A stretch of 64,000 bases of DNA. Origin: Blastocatellia bacterium (GTDB lineage Bacteria; Acidobacteriota; Blastocatellia; UBA7656). Where the stretch lies: assembly GCA_963765495.1 (NCBI GenBank), contig CAVXWP010000001.1, forward strand, positions 1,024,001-1,088,000, written 5' to 3'. Positions 20,231 through 31,031 of this stretch are shown piece by piece. How positions within the stretch are numbered: the first letter of the stretch is position 1; each line of letters starts with the position of its first letter. The translations under genes were made by a program, and so were the position numbers. Below the pieces are notes generated by a model, which saw nothing but the letters and a program-made list of their open reading frames with translations, was not told where the DNA came from and searched no databases.

Positions 20231-21283
20231 ATCTATCACCCACGTATCGCCGCTGTTGATGAGCTTTTCCAGATCGCCCGGTCCAAGCTTCTCAATAGCC
20301 GATTCGACCTGCTGGGTCATCAGATCTTCGTAGGTGGGTTTTTCGACTTCGCGGAAGACGCCGACCGGAACCGGATAGGCCGGATATTCCATCCGCGCCA
20401 GCATGTAGGCGAGATAGGAATCCGGAGCCTTCTCGTTATGCGCGATCAGGTCCGATTCGCTCACGCCGTTTCCAAGCTCGACGACCTCCAGGTGCATGTC
20501 GGCGCGCATGCGGATTCCGCGATTGCGGTCGCGCCCGAATATGAGCGGCTTACCGTGCTCAAGCTCTATCATGCGGTCTTCCTTAACATCGCGCGAAGTG
20601 AACATATCGAACGCCCCGTCATTAAAGATGTTGCAGTTTTGATAGACCTCTACAAACGATACGCCTTTGTGATGCATGGCGCGCTGCACGACCGATTGAA
20701 GGTGCTGGGTGTGTGTGTCAACCGAGCGCGCCACAAATGTAGATTCGGCGGCAAGCGCGACCGAAAGCGGATTGAGCGGATAATCTATCACGCCGAACGG
20801 GGTCGATTTTGTGCGTTTGCCAAGCTCGGAGGTGGGCGAATACTGCCCCTTTGTAAGCCCGTATATCCGGTTGTTGAACAGGATGATGTTTATGTCCAGA
20901 TTGCGCCGGATCGCGTGGATAAGGTGGTTGCCGCCTATCGAAAGCGCGTCGCCATCGCCCGTGATTACCCAGACCGATAGCTCGGGATTAGACGCTTTTA
21001 TCCCCGTAGCTATAGCGGGCGCGCGCCCGTGTATCGAGTGGAACCCGTATGTGTTCATGTAGTACGGGAAGCGACTCGAACAACCGATGCCGGAAACGAA
21101 AACCGTGTTTTCTCGCTTGATGCCAAGCTCGGGCATCACCTTCTGTATCTGGGCGAGTATGGCGTAATCGCCGCAGCCCGGACACCAGCGAACTTCCTGA
21201 TCGGAAACGAAATCTTTTCTCGTCAGCTTGACCGGAGGCTGCCCGCCGTTTCCGCCATTCTTATTCTCGATATTAGTGCTCAT
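20228..21283 (-). CDS. korB: 2-oxoacid:ferredoxin oxidoreductase beta subunit
   Basis: WCPGCGD, GIGCSSR, GDGD...NN TPP motif, YGLTKGQYSPT. Confidence 0.93.
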   Translation of the reverse strand: MSTNIENKNGGNGGQPPVKLTRKDFVSDQEVRWCPGCGDYAILAQIQKVMPELGIKRENTVFVSGIGCSSRFPYYMNTYGFHSIHGRAPAIATGIKASNPELSVWVITGDGDALSIGGNHLIHAIRRNLDINIILFNNRIYGLTKGQYSPTSELGKRTKSTPFGVIDYPLNPLSVALAAESTFVARSVDTHTQHLQSVVQRAMHHKGVSFVEVYQNCNIFNDGAFDMFTSRDVKEDRMIELEHGKPLIFGRDRNRGIRMRADMHLEVVELGNGVSESDLIAHNEKAPDSYLAYMLARMEYPAYPVPVGVFREVEKPTYEDLMTQQVESAIEKLGPGDLEKLINSGDTWVID

Positions 21284-21315
21284 CTTTTTTCCCTTCGATG
21301 CTCTCTAGCCTGATG

Positions 21316-21380
21316 ATTTGAGATCTGAAATCTCGAATCTCAAATCTTAATTCCAAATTTCAAATCTCAGATTTGAGATA
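21316..21380. repeat. Heptamer array (TTTGAGA/AAATCTC class) between korA and korB
   Basis: atttgagatctgaaatctcgaatctcaaatc...tttcaaatctcagatttgagat. Confidence 0.75.
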
Positions 21381-21381
21381 T

Positions 21382-23244
21382 TTAATCCTCTAAGATCTCG
21401 TTCATCTTCGCCGTCAGTTCACTGATTTTGAACGGCTTGCCTTTGACCTTCGGGAACGAGACCAGCGGCACCAGATATTTTGCTCTGAGCAGCATCGCAA
21501 GCTGGCCCATGTTTAGCTCCGGCACGAGCACGCGGTCAAAGCGTCCGATTATCTCTCCGAGGTTTCGCGGGAACGGATTCAGGTGGCGCAGATGTATGCT
21601 TGAAACCGCCTTGCCGCGTTTCTGCATCTCTTCGACGGCCGAGGTGATCGAACCGTGTGTGGAACCCCATCCGATCACAAGCAATCGGCCTTCGGATTCG
21701 CCAAAGGTTTCAAGCTCCGCGATGTCATCTGCTATGCGGTTGACCTTCTCCTGCCGGGTCCACGTCATGTGCATGTGGTTTTCAGGGTCGTAAGAGACAT
21801 TGCCCGTGATGTCCTGTTTTTCGATGCCGCCGATTCGGTGTTCGAGCCCGGGAGAGCCGGGTATGGCCCAGGGTCTTGAAAGCGTCCGGGGGTCGCGGCT
21901 GTAAGGATGAAAGTCTTTCGGGTCGCTGTGGAATTTCACTTCGAATCGCGGAAGCTCATTCATGGGAGGAATGCGCCACGGTTCCGCGCCGTTCCCGAGA
22001 TAGCCGTCCGACAGATATATGACCGGAATCATGTGTTTTGTCGCTATGCGAAAAGCCTCAATCGCCATGTGAAAGCAATCGCCGGGCGTGGCGGGTGCGA
22101 CCACCGCTACGGGGCATTCGCCGTTGCGCCCGAACATCGCCTGCAACAGGTCTGCCTGTTCGGTCTTCGTAGGCAACCCGGTCGAAGGGCCGCCGCGCTG
22201 AACATCTATGATGACAAGCGGAAGTTCCGTCATCACGGCAAGCCCTATGGCTTCCGATTTCAGCGCAAGACCCGGCCCGCTTGTTCCCGTCAGCCCAAGC
22301 TGACCCGCAAAGGATGCGCCGATTGCCGCGCAGACGGCGGCTATCTCGTCTTCGGCCTGAAACGTCTTCACGCCGAAATTCTTGCGGTTCGAAAGCTCGT
22401 GCAGAATGTCTGAGGCGGGCGTGATCGGATAGCTCGCGTAAAAGAGCGGGCGGTCGGCAAGCACAGAGGCGGCTACGAATCCGAGCGCCGTCGCTTCGTT
22501 GCCTGTGATGTTTCGGTATTTGCCCGGCGTGATCGCCGCCTTTCTCACGCGATAGTGAGTGGTGAAGATTTCGGCCGCCTCGGCATAGGCAAATCCCGCT
22601 TTCAAAGCCGTGACATTTGCCTTTACCACTTCCGGGTTGCGCTTGAATTTGGATTCGACCCATTTTTCCGTAGGCTCAAGCGGGCGATCATAAAGCCAGT
22701 ACATCAATCCGAGCGCCCAGAAATTCTTGCACCGATCAACCTCTTTCGGGGCCAGTTCGATCTCGCGCAACGCCGAGCGGTTGAGCGTGGTGATCGGCAG
22801 TTTGAAGAGGCGGTAAGCCGACAGGCTTCCGTCTTCGAGCGGGTCTGCGGGGTATCCGGCTTTCTTGAGGTTGTTCGGGCTGAAGGCATCGGTGTTGACT
22901 ATCAGAATGCCGCCCGGTTCCAGATCGGCCAGATTAACCTTGAGCGCCGCCGGGTTCATCGCCACAAGCACGTTTGGCTCATCGCCCGGCGTGCGTATGT
23001 CGTGGTTGGAAAAGTTCAACTGGAACCCTGAGACGCCCGGCAACGAGCCGGCAGGCGCGCGAATCTCAGCCGGAAAGTCCGGCAACGTCGAGATGTCGTT
23101 TCCGACAATCGCCGACGTCTTTGTGAATTGCGTCCCTGTTAGCTGCATGCCGTCGCCGGAGTCACCGGCAAAACGTATGGTTACGGATTCCAGTTCTTCT
23201 ATATGCTTATCTTCGACGTTATCGAGAATCGTTGTGGATTCCAT
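21382..23244 (-). CDS. korA: 2-oxoacid:ferredoxin oxidoreductase alpha subunit
   Basis: [34 protein letters not shown]. Confidence 0.93.
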   Translation of the reverse strand: MESTTILDNVEDKHIEELESVTIRFAGDSGDGMQLTGTQFTKTSAIVGNDISTLPDFPAEIRAPAGSLPGVSGFQLNFSNHDIRTPGDEPNVLVAMNPAALKVNLADLEPGGILIVNTDAFSPNNLKKAGYPADPLEDGSLSAYRLFKLPITTLNRSALREIELAPKEVDRCKNFWALGLMYWLYDRPLEPTEKWVESKFKRNPEVVKANVTALKAGFAYAEAAEIFTTHYRVRKAAITPGKYRNITGNEATALGFVAASVLADRPLFYASYPITPASDILHELSNRKNFGVKTFQAEDEIAAVCAAIGASFAGQLGLTGTSGPGLALKSEAIGLAVMTELPLVIIDVQRGGPSTGLPTKTEQADLLQAMFGRNGECPVAVVAPATPGDCFHMAIEAFRIATKHMIPVIYLSDGYLGNGAEPWRIPPMNELPRFEVKFHSDPKDFHPYSRDPRTLSRPWAIPGSPGLEHRIGGIEKQDITGNVSYDPENHMHMTWTRQEKVNRIADDIAELETFGESEGRLLVIGWGSTHGSITSAVEEMQKRGKAVSSIHLRHLNPFPRNLGEIIGRFDRVLVPELNMGQLAMLLRAKYLVPLVSFPKVKGKPFKISELTAKMNEILED

Positions 23245-23268
23245 ATACTCCTGTCCTTTGTTTTCAGC

Positions 23269-23736
23269 CTATCCGCCTTCACGCGAATCCATGTATTGAT
23301 GTGGGCGTGGAGGCAGGTTCAATACCTCTTCCGGCAGCAGTTCGGCTAAAAACTCTATTATGTTTTGTATGGAGATTATACCTTCTACCTTGCCCGAACT
23401 GCTTACGAGCGGCAGATGACGATAGCCGCCTGCATCCATCAATCGGATTGCCTCGTCCAGATGATCATCGGCAGTAAGCGTCTCAGGGTCGCTCGTCATG
23501 TATTGCTCTACGGAGGAATCGGGCGCAATTTCGCGCCCGGCCAGCTTATTTAATACGTCTCGCTCGGTGAGAATCCCTTTCACCCGTCCGTCTTCACAGA
23601 CGAGCACGCATCCGGCGTAAGTACCGTGCATGGAAATAATCGCTTCCGCGACAGTGGTGCTGGTTTCGATGCAGACGGGTTGAGGCGGTTTAAGCTCGCG
23701 AATTTTAGCCACGCGCAAGGCATCCCTAACAGACAT
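23269..23736 (-). CDS. CBS-domain protein
   Basis: GILTERD, GYRHLPLV. Confidence 0.88.
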   Translation of the reverse strand: MSVRDALRVAKIRELKPPQPVCIETSTTVAEAIISMHGTYAGCVLVCEDGRVKGILTERDVLNKLAGREIAPDSSVEQYMTSDPETLTADDHLDEAIRLMDAGGYRHLPLVSSSGKVEGIISIQNIIEFLAELLPEEVLNLPPRPHQYMDSREGG

Positions 23737-24118
23737 ATGGCATTCTCCGTAAAGCCCTCAGACAATTACCTTCAGGGGATGATGGATAGATTATCACCAG
23801 GGCGCAACCCTTACAGTCGGTTTATTTGTCACTTGCCGAAAGCCTGATTCTACACAAAACATCTTACAACGTAAAGTTTGCGCCGAATGATATCGAGCGT
23901 CAAGTTTTTCAAAAGGTATGGCAGGCTGGCAAGGCCCGGCCAATATGGGCCAGTTCGGTCTTTGACCGCCGGGTTTCAAGAGAGTTTCTCAAATCCTGCT
24001 TGAAGCTGTCTCGAATTTCTGTGGCAAAATTTCAGTATAGCTCGTAATATATTTCACTCCGCACATTTGATCCGAAACCCGATTAATCCGAGCCTTTGTC
24101 AGTTGAAGTGAGAGATCA

Positions 24119-24841
24119 ATGAACGATAATTGGCAGATGCGCCCGAAAGCAAAGAAACCAGCTAAACCCGGAAAGGGGTTTCTGTTTTCATCCGTTACGC
24201 ATGCCGGAAAGATTTTCTATGATTTTGGTTCGCCGCAACATTATGATTCGGGAAGAATCTTATTCAAACAGGGGTTTTTCTCTGAGGATGTATATTGTAT
24301 TAACCGAGGTCTGATTAAGCTCGTTAATCTCAGCCAGCAAGGGCAGGAGATGATTATCGCATTGCGTTCCGCCGGTTGGATGCTGGGGGTGGTTTCAATA
24401 ATGATTCAAGAACCTAATCCCGTTACGGCGATAACATTGACAGACTGTCTGTTACACCGCATTCCCGCGAATGATTTGCATCACCTTGTTATCAATGATG
24501 TCGGATTCTCATCCTATCTGCACCAGCTTCACAGTTATGAAATTCAGGATTACCTGTCCAGACTGGTCAGGCTTAAATCATTCTCTGCCAGACAGCGCCT
24601 GGAGAGGTTATTGATGCAATTGGCCCTCTCTGAGGGGGAAATCAGTCGGCAAGAGCAGGTTCGCATACACACACCTTTGAAGCATTGGGAGATTGCTCAG
24701 TTGATCTCCATCACGCCGCAACACCTCAGCCGTTTATTGAAAGAGATGGAGCAGGAAGAAATGATCCGCCGGGAGAGAGGAGATCTGGTTATCTCCGATT
24801 TCGAGAAGCTGAGGACTTCTGTTGATGGCTCGGCCGGATAA
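24119..24841 (+). CDS. Crp/Fnr family transcriptional regulator
   Basis: cNMP-binding-like domain (LFKQG..VYCINRGLIKL), ARQRL, C-terminal HTH EIAQLISITPQHLSRLL. Confidence 0.85.
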   Translation: MNDNWQMRPKAKKPAKPGKGFLFSSVTHAGKIFYDFGSPQHYDSGRILFKQGFFSEDVYCINRGLIKLVNLSQQGQEMIIALRSAGWMLGVVSIMIQEPNPVTAITLTDCLLHRIPANDLHHLVINDVGFSSYLHQLHSYEIQDYLSRLVRLKSFSARQRLERLLMQLALSEGEISRQEQVRIHTPLKHWEIAQLISITPQHLSRLLKEMEQEEMIRRERGDLVISDFEKLRTSVDGSAG

Positions 24842-24899
24842 GACATACAGTTCACAGACAAATACATCGCCGAAGATTCGCAAGCTGGTTTGAACCGCC

Positions 24900-24913
24900 T
24901 TAACCTATGTTAA
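24900..24913. promoter_or_regulatory. Candidate Crp/Fnr-type box
   Basis: TTAAC-N4-GTTAA palindrome with FNR-box geometry, upstream of rhs. Confidence 0.4.
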
Positions 24914-25193
24914 TGACAGAGTCGCTCTAAGGTAGTAACTTTACAAAAGCAATAATTAAAGACTGTCAGAGGTTTTCTGACAGGCAGATCAAAACGGCAG
25001 AGTTCGAGGCAGCGAGACAGTGTCTCACGGTCAGCTATGACCGTCTCGAAAACACTAAACTTTGAATCACCTCTCTCTGTGACGGAGATTTGTGTCCGAC
25101 GTCAGGAGGTGATGGTTGCCGGTTTGTTTCGGTATCGAATCGCCATTTTGCGATGTGAAAAAACGCGGGCTTTTTACAGACCGAGCGATCTTT

Positions 25194-25259
25194 CGTTCAG
25201 GCACAGGAGAACTCTATGTATACAGCCGTTCAGGCACAGGAGAACTCTATGTATACAGC
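25194..25259 (+). repeat. 33-bp perfect tandem duplication including RBS and start codon
   Basis: (CGTTCAGGCACAGGAGAACTCTATGTATACAGC)x2. Confidence 0.95.
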
Positions 25260-28200
25260 GCAGCTTTCCAGCAGATTTGAAACTATTTTACGACTATCGT
25301 TGAAGCTCCTTCGTTGCATCTTTTCCAGAAAGTTGCTCTGTTTTGCTTTGATACTGAACCTGTTCATGTGGCCCGGTTCCCAGATTGCGCTCAAACAAAT
25401 TCCGGTCTTCGCTTCGGCAGCCGTCAACACGACTGCGACATCATTAAATTACGTTTCGCCCCTTCTTAGCCGGCTTTTTTCTTCTACCGCTTCTACCGCG
25501 CAGCGGCGGCGTGAAAAGCTGGCCGACCGATTGACACATGTTTCAAACATAGAAATCTCGCCCGGCAGATTAGTCGCCTACGAGGGCGAATCAATAATCT
25601 TCACGGCCTTGCCTACGGATTTCGCGGGTCGCGCAGTTCAGGGAGTGAAGCTCACCTGGGGATCATCGAGTCCCGACAAGGTTCGAATAGATGATTCGGG
25701 TCAGGCGACCTTTCTCCAGCCCGGACTGGCGATGGTCACTTGCCGGGCGGGAGCGGCAGCGGCTGATGCGCAGGTTTTGATCCGTTCGGGTCAAAGACCA
25801 AGACAGACCGATCAGGAGTGGTTGGCTGATCAGGAGAGCTTCGTGGGTGTGAACACTTACGGCAAAACCGCAAGCCACGGTATTGCACTGGCAAATGCTC
25901 TTTTGAATAAGCTTGTGCCGACCGCGCATGCGCAGCCGGGTGTAGGGTTTGGCACTCCATCCGATATCTTTTATGACGAATTCTATGACGAGCCTCGCAA
26001 TCTCATCGGCGCGCCTCGCAATCGTATTTCCGAATCAACACGGCTGGGCATAGTGCACCCCGAAGCGAGCAACTTCAATTTAACAGTGCCGCTTTTGAGT
26101 CTGGGCGGTCGTGGCCTCGGCGCAGGTCTTTCGCTTCTGTACAATTCCCGGGTCTGGTTCCGGCACGGCAACACGGTAACTTTTAATCCGGTCGCTGGCT
26201 GGCCCGGGCCGGGCTTTTCCCTCGGTCCTGGACGCATTGACACTTACGGACCAACCACAAGCCTGAAATACGTTCTGATAGACGCCGACGGGACTCGTCA
26301 CTATCTGGGCCAGGGCGGCAGCGCTTCGCAGACCGTTACTTTACAGACCTCAGACGGAACGCAAATAACTTATGTAGGCAATGCCAGCACAGGCGGCACG
26401 CTCTATTCCAAAGACGGCACGCAGGTCATTATTTCGATTACCAACAATCGGCTTCTGCCTGTTCGTATACAGGATAGTAACGGCAACTATATCACCTTCG
26501 GTTATATGCAGGCCTCAACAACCATCTCTCCATTAGCCATTAGCTATATTACGGACACGCTTGGGCGCATCATTCATTTCTTCTATGATTCCAACGGTCA
26601 TTTGACTTCGATAACCGCGCCGGGATTTGGCGGAACGAGCCAGAACCCCGTAACGCGAACCGCAGCGCAGTTTGATTATCAGAGCCTCTCAATGAGCAGC
26701 AGCTTCAGTGGGCTGACGGTAGAGAACGCGCCCTCCGGTCCGATTCAAGTCTTGAGGAGAATAGTCTTCCCGGAGACCGGCACGGGCTATCTCTTCACCT
26801 ATTCAGCCTATGGGATGATCTATGACTACTCACTGCGGAAGGAAATGATTGACGCAAACGGGAATGTCGGCGATGGCACGGAACAAGCCAATGTGAGCTT
26901 TAATTATCCGACAACAGGTTCTTCGCTGACAGATGCCCCGGCCTTTACACAGCGAACCGAAACGGCCACCGACAGCCCGACGAGCATTTATACCTATTCA
27001 GACAGCACCGACTCCGTGGCGCAGACCAGAACTTTTGTAATAACGCGACCTGATTCTTCGACACTACACCTTACGCGATCAACCGACAGTACCTCTTCGG
27101 CAAATGGGCTGCTGGTTCAATCCGAGATCAAAGACGGCGGGCAGATCTCCTTCGGCCGGTCCGTTTATGCTTATGCCAATGATCCGGGCGGATCGGTGCA
27201 GGCACAATCGGTTGTGAATTACGATGACGCGGGTGCGCCGACAAAGATCGATTTCGATTACGACCAATACGGCAATCTCATCAACAGCCGGGAATACGGT
27301 TACCAGACGGGCGGCGTGTGGCAGGTTCGCAGACGGACTCATATCACATATAAGACGGATGCTTCCTACATCAGCGCCTATTTGCGAAACCTGATGACAT
27401 TGACGGAGATACTTGACGGGCAGCAAAACACGAATGACGCGGATGATGTGTTGACAGGCAAGACCTCCTACACATACGACGATTACCAGGCGATGGGTGG
27501 GATGGAAGATTACAACGGAGCCGCCGCGCCGCCCGGCCATCTTTCCGCCTATGATGCCAGTTTGACTGTTCGCGGGAACGTGACGGGCAAGACCGAGTGG
27601 ATTGATCTAGGGGCTAACACCTCGATCACTCACCTGTCGAAATACGACATATTCGGAAACGTAGTCAAGACGCAGGTATCCTGCTGTAATGAACAATCAT
27701 TCACCAACGAAGAGGAGAATTACTGGTCGCAGCCCATATATGTAATCAAAGGCAGCCCTTCGGGGGTGTATCTGACTACATCATTGACGGATGATTTCAA
27801 CACCGGCTTGAGAGTTGAAAAGACCGATCCGAACAACCAGACAATCAGCTACTCTTACAATCAGGCGATGCTGCCGACCCAGATGGACCTGCCAACAGGG
27901 GCATCGCAGACGAATGATTATGATTTTGACAACCTGATATATTCAAAGACCTTGGGCTATGATGATGGAGGAGTGACAAAGACTGTCACCGCGACAGACA
28001 AGTATGACGGCTGGGGCAGATTGATTGAATCTGTGGATGCAAACGGTGGGCAGGTAAATATTACTTATGATGCTATGGGCCGCGTAATCAGCCGCACGAA
28101 CCCATTCACACCGGGGCAACAACCGGGTCCCGCCAGTACATACGAGTATGATGCGCTCGGTCGCGTGACGGTCAATACATTTCCCGACGGTAGCACGGTT

Positions 28201-30744
28201 CACTCCGAATACAGCGGCAGCGCGGTTACGTTGACGGATCAGGTGAATCGAAAGATCAAGCGCGAAGGCGACGGATTGGGAAGGCTCGTGGAAGTGACCG
28301 AGCAAGACGGAACAGGCGCGCTGACGCAGGAAACAGACTATAGCTACGACCTGTTCGACCGCCTGGCAGAGGTCAATCAGGGCGGTCAGACTCGCGCTTA
28401 CAAATACGATGGCCTGGGACGGTTGCTATATGAGCGCATCCCCGAACAGAGCGCCACAATTAACGACGGGACAGGCACGTTGTGGTCATCGAAGTTCACA
28501 TATACCGACTTTAACGCCGTTGCTACGGCAACCGATGCGCGGGGGGTTGTAATAACCTACGGCTATGACGATTTGAACCGACTCATCTCGATTAGCTATG
28601 ACACGAGCAACGCGCCCGGTGTGGCTTCGACATCCACAGTCAATTACAATTATGATACGGACGAAAACAGCCCAACCACAGGTCTGCTGCTTTCAGTTGA
28701 GATAGGCTCACTTGCCGGGGGCGGCTACAAGGAAGAGTACGGCTATGACGGTTTTACCCGCCTCTCTTCGATAAAGCGATGGTTCAGCCCCTCTCAAAGC
28801 TACACGACCAGCTATCAATACAACGCGGCCTCGCAGAGGAAACAACTCACCTACCCATCGGGCAGAGTCGAAAGCTATTCCTATGACGACAAGGGAAGAC
28901 TAAGCTCAGGGGGAGGGTTGAAAGAGATCGCTTACAGCATCTCAGGCCAGATAACAAGCTCTCGCATAGGCGAATACAACCCCAATCCCAATGATGACAT
29001 TTACGTCGTTGAGAACTACACCTACAACGCCGAGCGAATGCAGTTGATCTCGCAGACGGCGACCAGACACTGGACCACCTGCACAGGGTCGGGCAAGACG
29101 CTAACCTGCACACCGCAAACGAGCGAGATTATGAATCTGAGCTATGACTACGAGGCGGCAGCCGGTGAGATGGGAGCAGGCTCGACATCGGGCAACGCGG
29201 GGCAGTTGATGTCAGTGACCGGGACTATCGATTCACAGCCCGAGAGCGCAGTCTATACCTACGACAATCTCGGCAGGCTTGTGACAAGCTCACAGACCAC
29301 AAACACAGTGAGCGCCGAGCGGCGATATGAGTATGACAGGTGGGGCAACCGCACAGGGATGTGGGATCAGACCACAGGCGGCTCTCAGATACAAAGCCTC
29401 AGCTTGGAGCAATCAGCCGGAGCGCCGACAAACCGCATCACAAACCTGAGCAATCCGTCCGGCACATCGGCCTACAGCTATGACGAGGCAGGCAATGTGA
29501 CAGGGGACGGTTTGCACAGCTACACATACGACGCGGAGAACCGGCTCGTCAGCGTGGATTTTGGGGCAACGGCTCTCTACAGCTACGATCAGGCAAACAG
29601 GCGATACAAGAGAGTCGTGGGGTCATCGAGCAGGCACTACATCTTTGAAGGGAGTCAGGTGATAGCCGAGCACGAGGGGAGCACAGGAGCCGTCGAGGTA
29701 GAGTACATCTATGCGGGCAATCGTATGGTAGCCAGAGTAGAATCGGGTGAGACGAGATATTATCTGAGAGACAGGTTGAGCGCGAGGGTGACGCTTGACG
29801 AGCAGATGAGTGTGGCAGGCAGGCAAGCACATCTGCCGTTTGGAGAAGAGTTGGGATTGAGCGGAGAACAGGAGAAGCACAGGTTTACAAGTTATGAGCG
29901 AGAGGGTGAGACGGGGCTTGATTATGCGATAAACAGGTGGTACTCGCCCGTAGTGGGAAGATTCCTGCAAGCAGACCCGTATGAGGGGAGCAATGATTTG
30001 AAGGACCCGCGAAGTTGGAATAGATATAGCTACACGCGAAATGTGGTGACAAACAGGGTAGACCCGTTGGGGCTGGATGATATACCGCCTGATCCTTGTC
30101 CAAATGGTTGTGATGATGAAAGTGTAATAACGCTAAGCGGGTGGGATTATTACCCCTATGGATGGGGAACCGGCGTTGGAGGAGTTGGTGCCCCTAGTCC
30201 GAGAAGTATAGACGGGCACAGCACCGGTCCAGGCGGGCTGGGTTATGCTGGCGCGGCGCGAAAGCATATAAAGAAAAAGTTCAAGCGGAAGTTTCCGTGT
30301 AAGAAAAATGCCGTGGCGGCAATGGAAGAGCTAAAGAAACGTTTCACGACCTTAGCCAGCTATACAAGTTCTAATGGTTCGTTCATAAATTTTGAAAACG
30401 TCCAGATTGCAAATGGCGCGACGATATCAATTTTGACTTCGCTCGTAATTAGTATGTTCCCAGACAGTATCCCCCTCTTTACTCGATTTCATGTAGATGT
30501 GATAAGGGAAAGCCCTACGAGTTGGACTTTTGGAACTCAGCGGGATCATGTCTTTTACCCAGGGACCATAAGATTTAGCCTGGCTGACAAGGGTAACGGA
30601 AAAGTCAAGTTTTCTATTGATCTTGAAGGTGAGACCAATGGAACGTCAGGCACTCTCGGCTACCTTATTGGAGGCGGTAGCTTCGAGGACGAATTATGGG
30701 ATAACCTAATCAATAGAGTGAAGACAGAAATCTGTGGAGAGTAA
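25216..30744 (+). CDS. Rhs/YD-repeat polymorphic toxin with N-terminal hydrophobic segment and Ig-like domain
   Basis: YD repeats; core end GRFLQADP...NRYSY...RVDPLGL; about 220-aa divergent C-terminal tip. Confidence 0.93.
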   Translation: MYTAVQAQENSMYTAQLSSRFETILRLSLKLLRCIFSRKLLCFALILNLFMWPGSQIALKQIPVFASAAVNTTATSLNYVSPLLSRLFSSTASTAQRRREKLADRLTHVSNIEISPGRLVAYEGESIIFTALPTDFAGRAVQGVKLTWGSSSPDKVRIDDSGQATFLQPGLAMVTCRAGAAAADAQVLIRSGQRPRQTDQEWLADQESFVGVNTYGKTASHGIALANALLNKLVPTAHAQPGVGFGTPSDIFYDEFYDEPRNLIGAPRNRISESTRLGIVHPEASNFNLTVPLLSLGGRGLGAGLSLLYNSRVWFRHGNTVTFNPVAGWPGPGFSLGPGRIDTYGPTTSLKYVLIDADGTRHYLGQGGSASQTVTLQTSDGTQITYVGNASTGGTLYSKDGTQVIISITNNRLLPVRIQDSNGNYITFGYMQASTTISPLAISYITDTLGRIIHFFYDSNGHLTSITAPGFGGTSQNPVTRTAAQFDYQSLSMSSSFSGLTVENAPSGPIQVLRRIVFPETGTGYLFTYSAYGMIYDYSLRKEMIDANGNVGDGTEQANVSFNYPTTGSSLTDAPAFTQRTETATDSPTSIYTYSDSTDSVAQTRTFVITRPDSSTLHLTRSTDSTSSANGLLVQSEIKDGGQISFGRSVYAYANDPGGSVQAQSVVNYDDAGAPTKIDFDYDQYGNLINSREYGYQTGGVWQVRRRTHITYKTDASYISAYLRNLMTLTEILDGQQNTNDADDVLTGKTSYTYDDYQAMGGMEDYNGAAAPPGHLSAYDASLTVRGNVTGKTEWIDLGANTSITHLSKYDIFGNVVKTQVSCCNEQSFTNEEENYWSQPIYVIKGSPSGVYLTTSLTDDFNTGLRVEKTDPNNQTISYSYNQAMLPTQMDLPTGASQTNDYDFDNLIYSKTLGYDDGGVTKTVTATDKYDGWGRLIESVDANGGQVNITYDAMGRVISRTNPFTPGQQPGPASTYEYDALGRVTVNTFPDGSTVHSEYSGSAVTLTDQVNRKIKREGDGLGRLVEVTEQDGTGALTQETDYSYDLFDRLAEVNQGGQTRAYKYDGLGRLLYERIPEQSATINDGTGTLWSSKFTYTDFNAVATATDARGVVITYGYDDLNRLISISYDTSNAPGVASTSTVNYNYDTDENSPTTGLLLSVEIGSLAGGGYKEEYGYDGFTRLSSIKRWFSPSQSYTTSYQYNAASQRKQLTYPSGRVESYSYDDKGRLSSGGGLKEIAYSISGQITSSRIGEYNPNPNDDIYVVENYTYNAERMQLISQTATRHWTTCTGSGKTLTCTPQTSEIMNLSYDYEAAAGEMGAGSTSGNAGQLMSVTGTIDSQPESAVYTYDNLGRLVTSSQTTNTVSAERRYEYDRWGNRTGMWDQTTGGSQIQSLSLEQSAGAPTNRITNLSNPSGTSAYSYDEAGNVTGDGLHSYTYDAENRLVSVDFGATALYSYDQANRRYKRVVGSSSRHYIFEGSQVIAEHEGSTGAVEVEYIYAGNRMVARVESGETRYYLRDRLSARVTLDEQMSVAGRQAHLPFGEELGLSGEQEKHRFTSYEREGETGLDYAINRWYSPVVGRFLQADPYEGSNDLKDPRSWNRYSYTRNVVTNRVDPLGLDDIPPDPCPNGCDDESVITLSGWDYYPYGWGTGVGGVGAPSPRSIDGHSTGPGGLGYAGAARKHIKKKFKRKFPCKKNAVAAMEELKKRFTTLASYTSSNGSFINFENVQIANGATISILTSLVISMFPDSIPLFTRFHVDVIRESPTSWTFGTQRDHVFYPGTIRFSLADKGNGKVKFSIDLEGETNGTSGTLGYLIGGGSFEDELWDNLINRVKTEICGE

Positions 30745-30877
30745 ACGCATGAAGGGAAGGTAAATTTGGACAATGTAGAACCCAGGTTGGGGGCGAAGCC
30801 GAGTGAGAGTGGCCCAACGCCCTTGGACAAGACCAACCGGAAGATAGATATTTATGCCTTGTACATTTGTGTGAATG

Positions 30878-31003
30878 TATAGCAGTTTTCGATTGCGTTT
30901 AGCTGTAGGGGCAACCCGAATGAATACATTTTATGAATGAATACATTTTATTATAGTTGCCCGGACCGCCCCTACAGCCTACATCCATTTGAAAACCACT
31001 ATA
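30878..31003. mobile_element. MITE-like miniature inverted-repeat element
   Basis: Ends TATAGCAGTTTTC / GAAAACCACTATA; inner IR GCTGTAGGGGC / GCCCCTACAGC; internal 17-bp tandem duplication. Confidence 0.6.
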
Positions 31004-31031
31004 GATAACGGCAGAGGGGAAGTAAGCAAAT

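Noticed and set aside
19706-20980. 424-aa ORF opposite korB and the CBS gene
   Set aside because: Antisense shadow crossing a repeat; no domain signal
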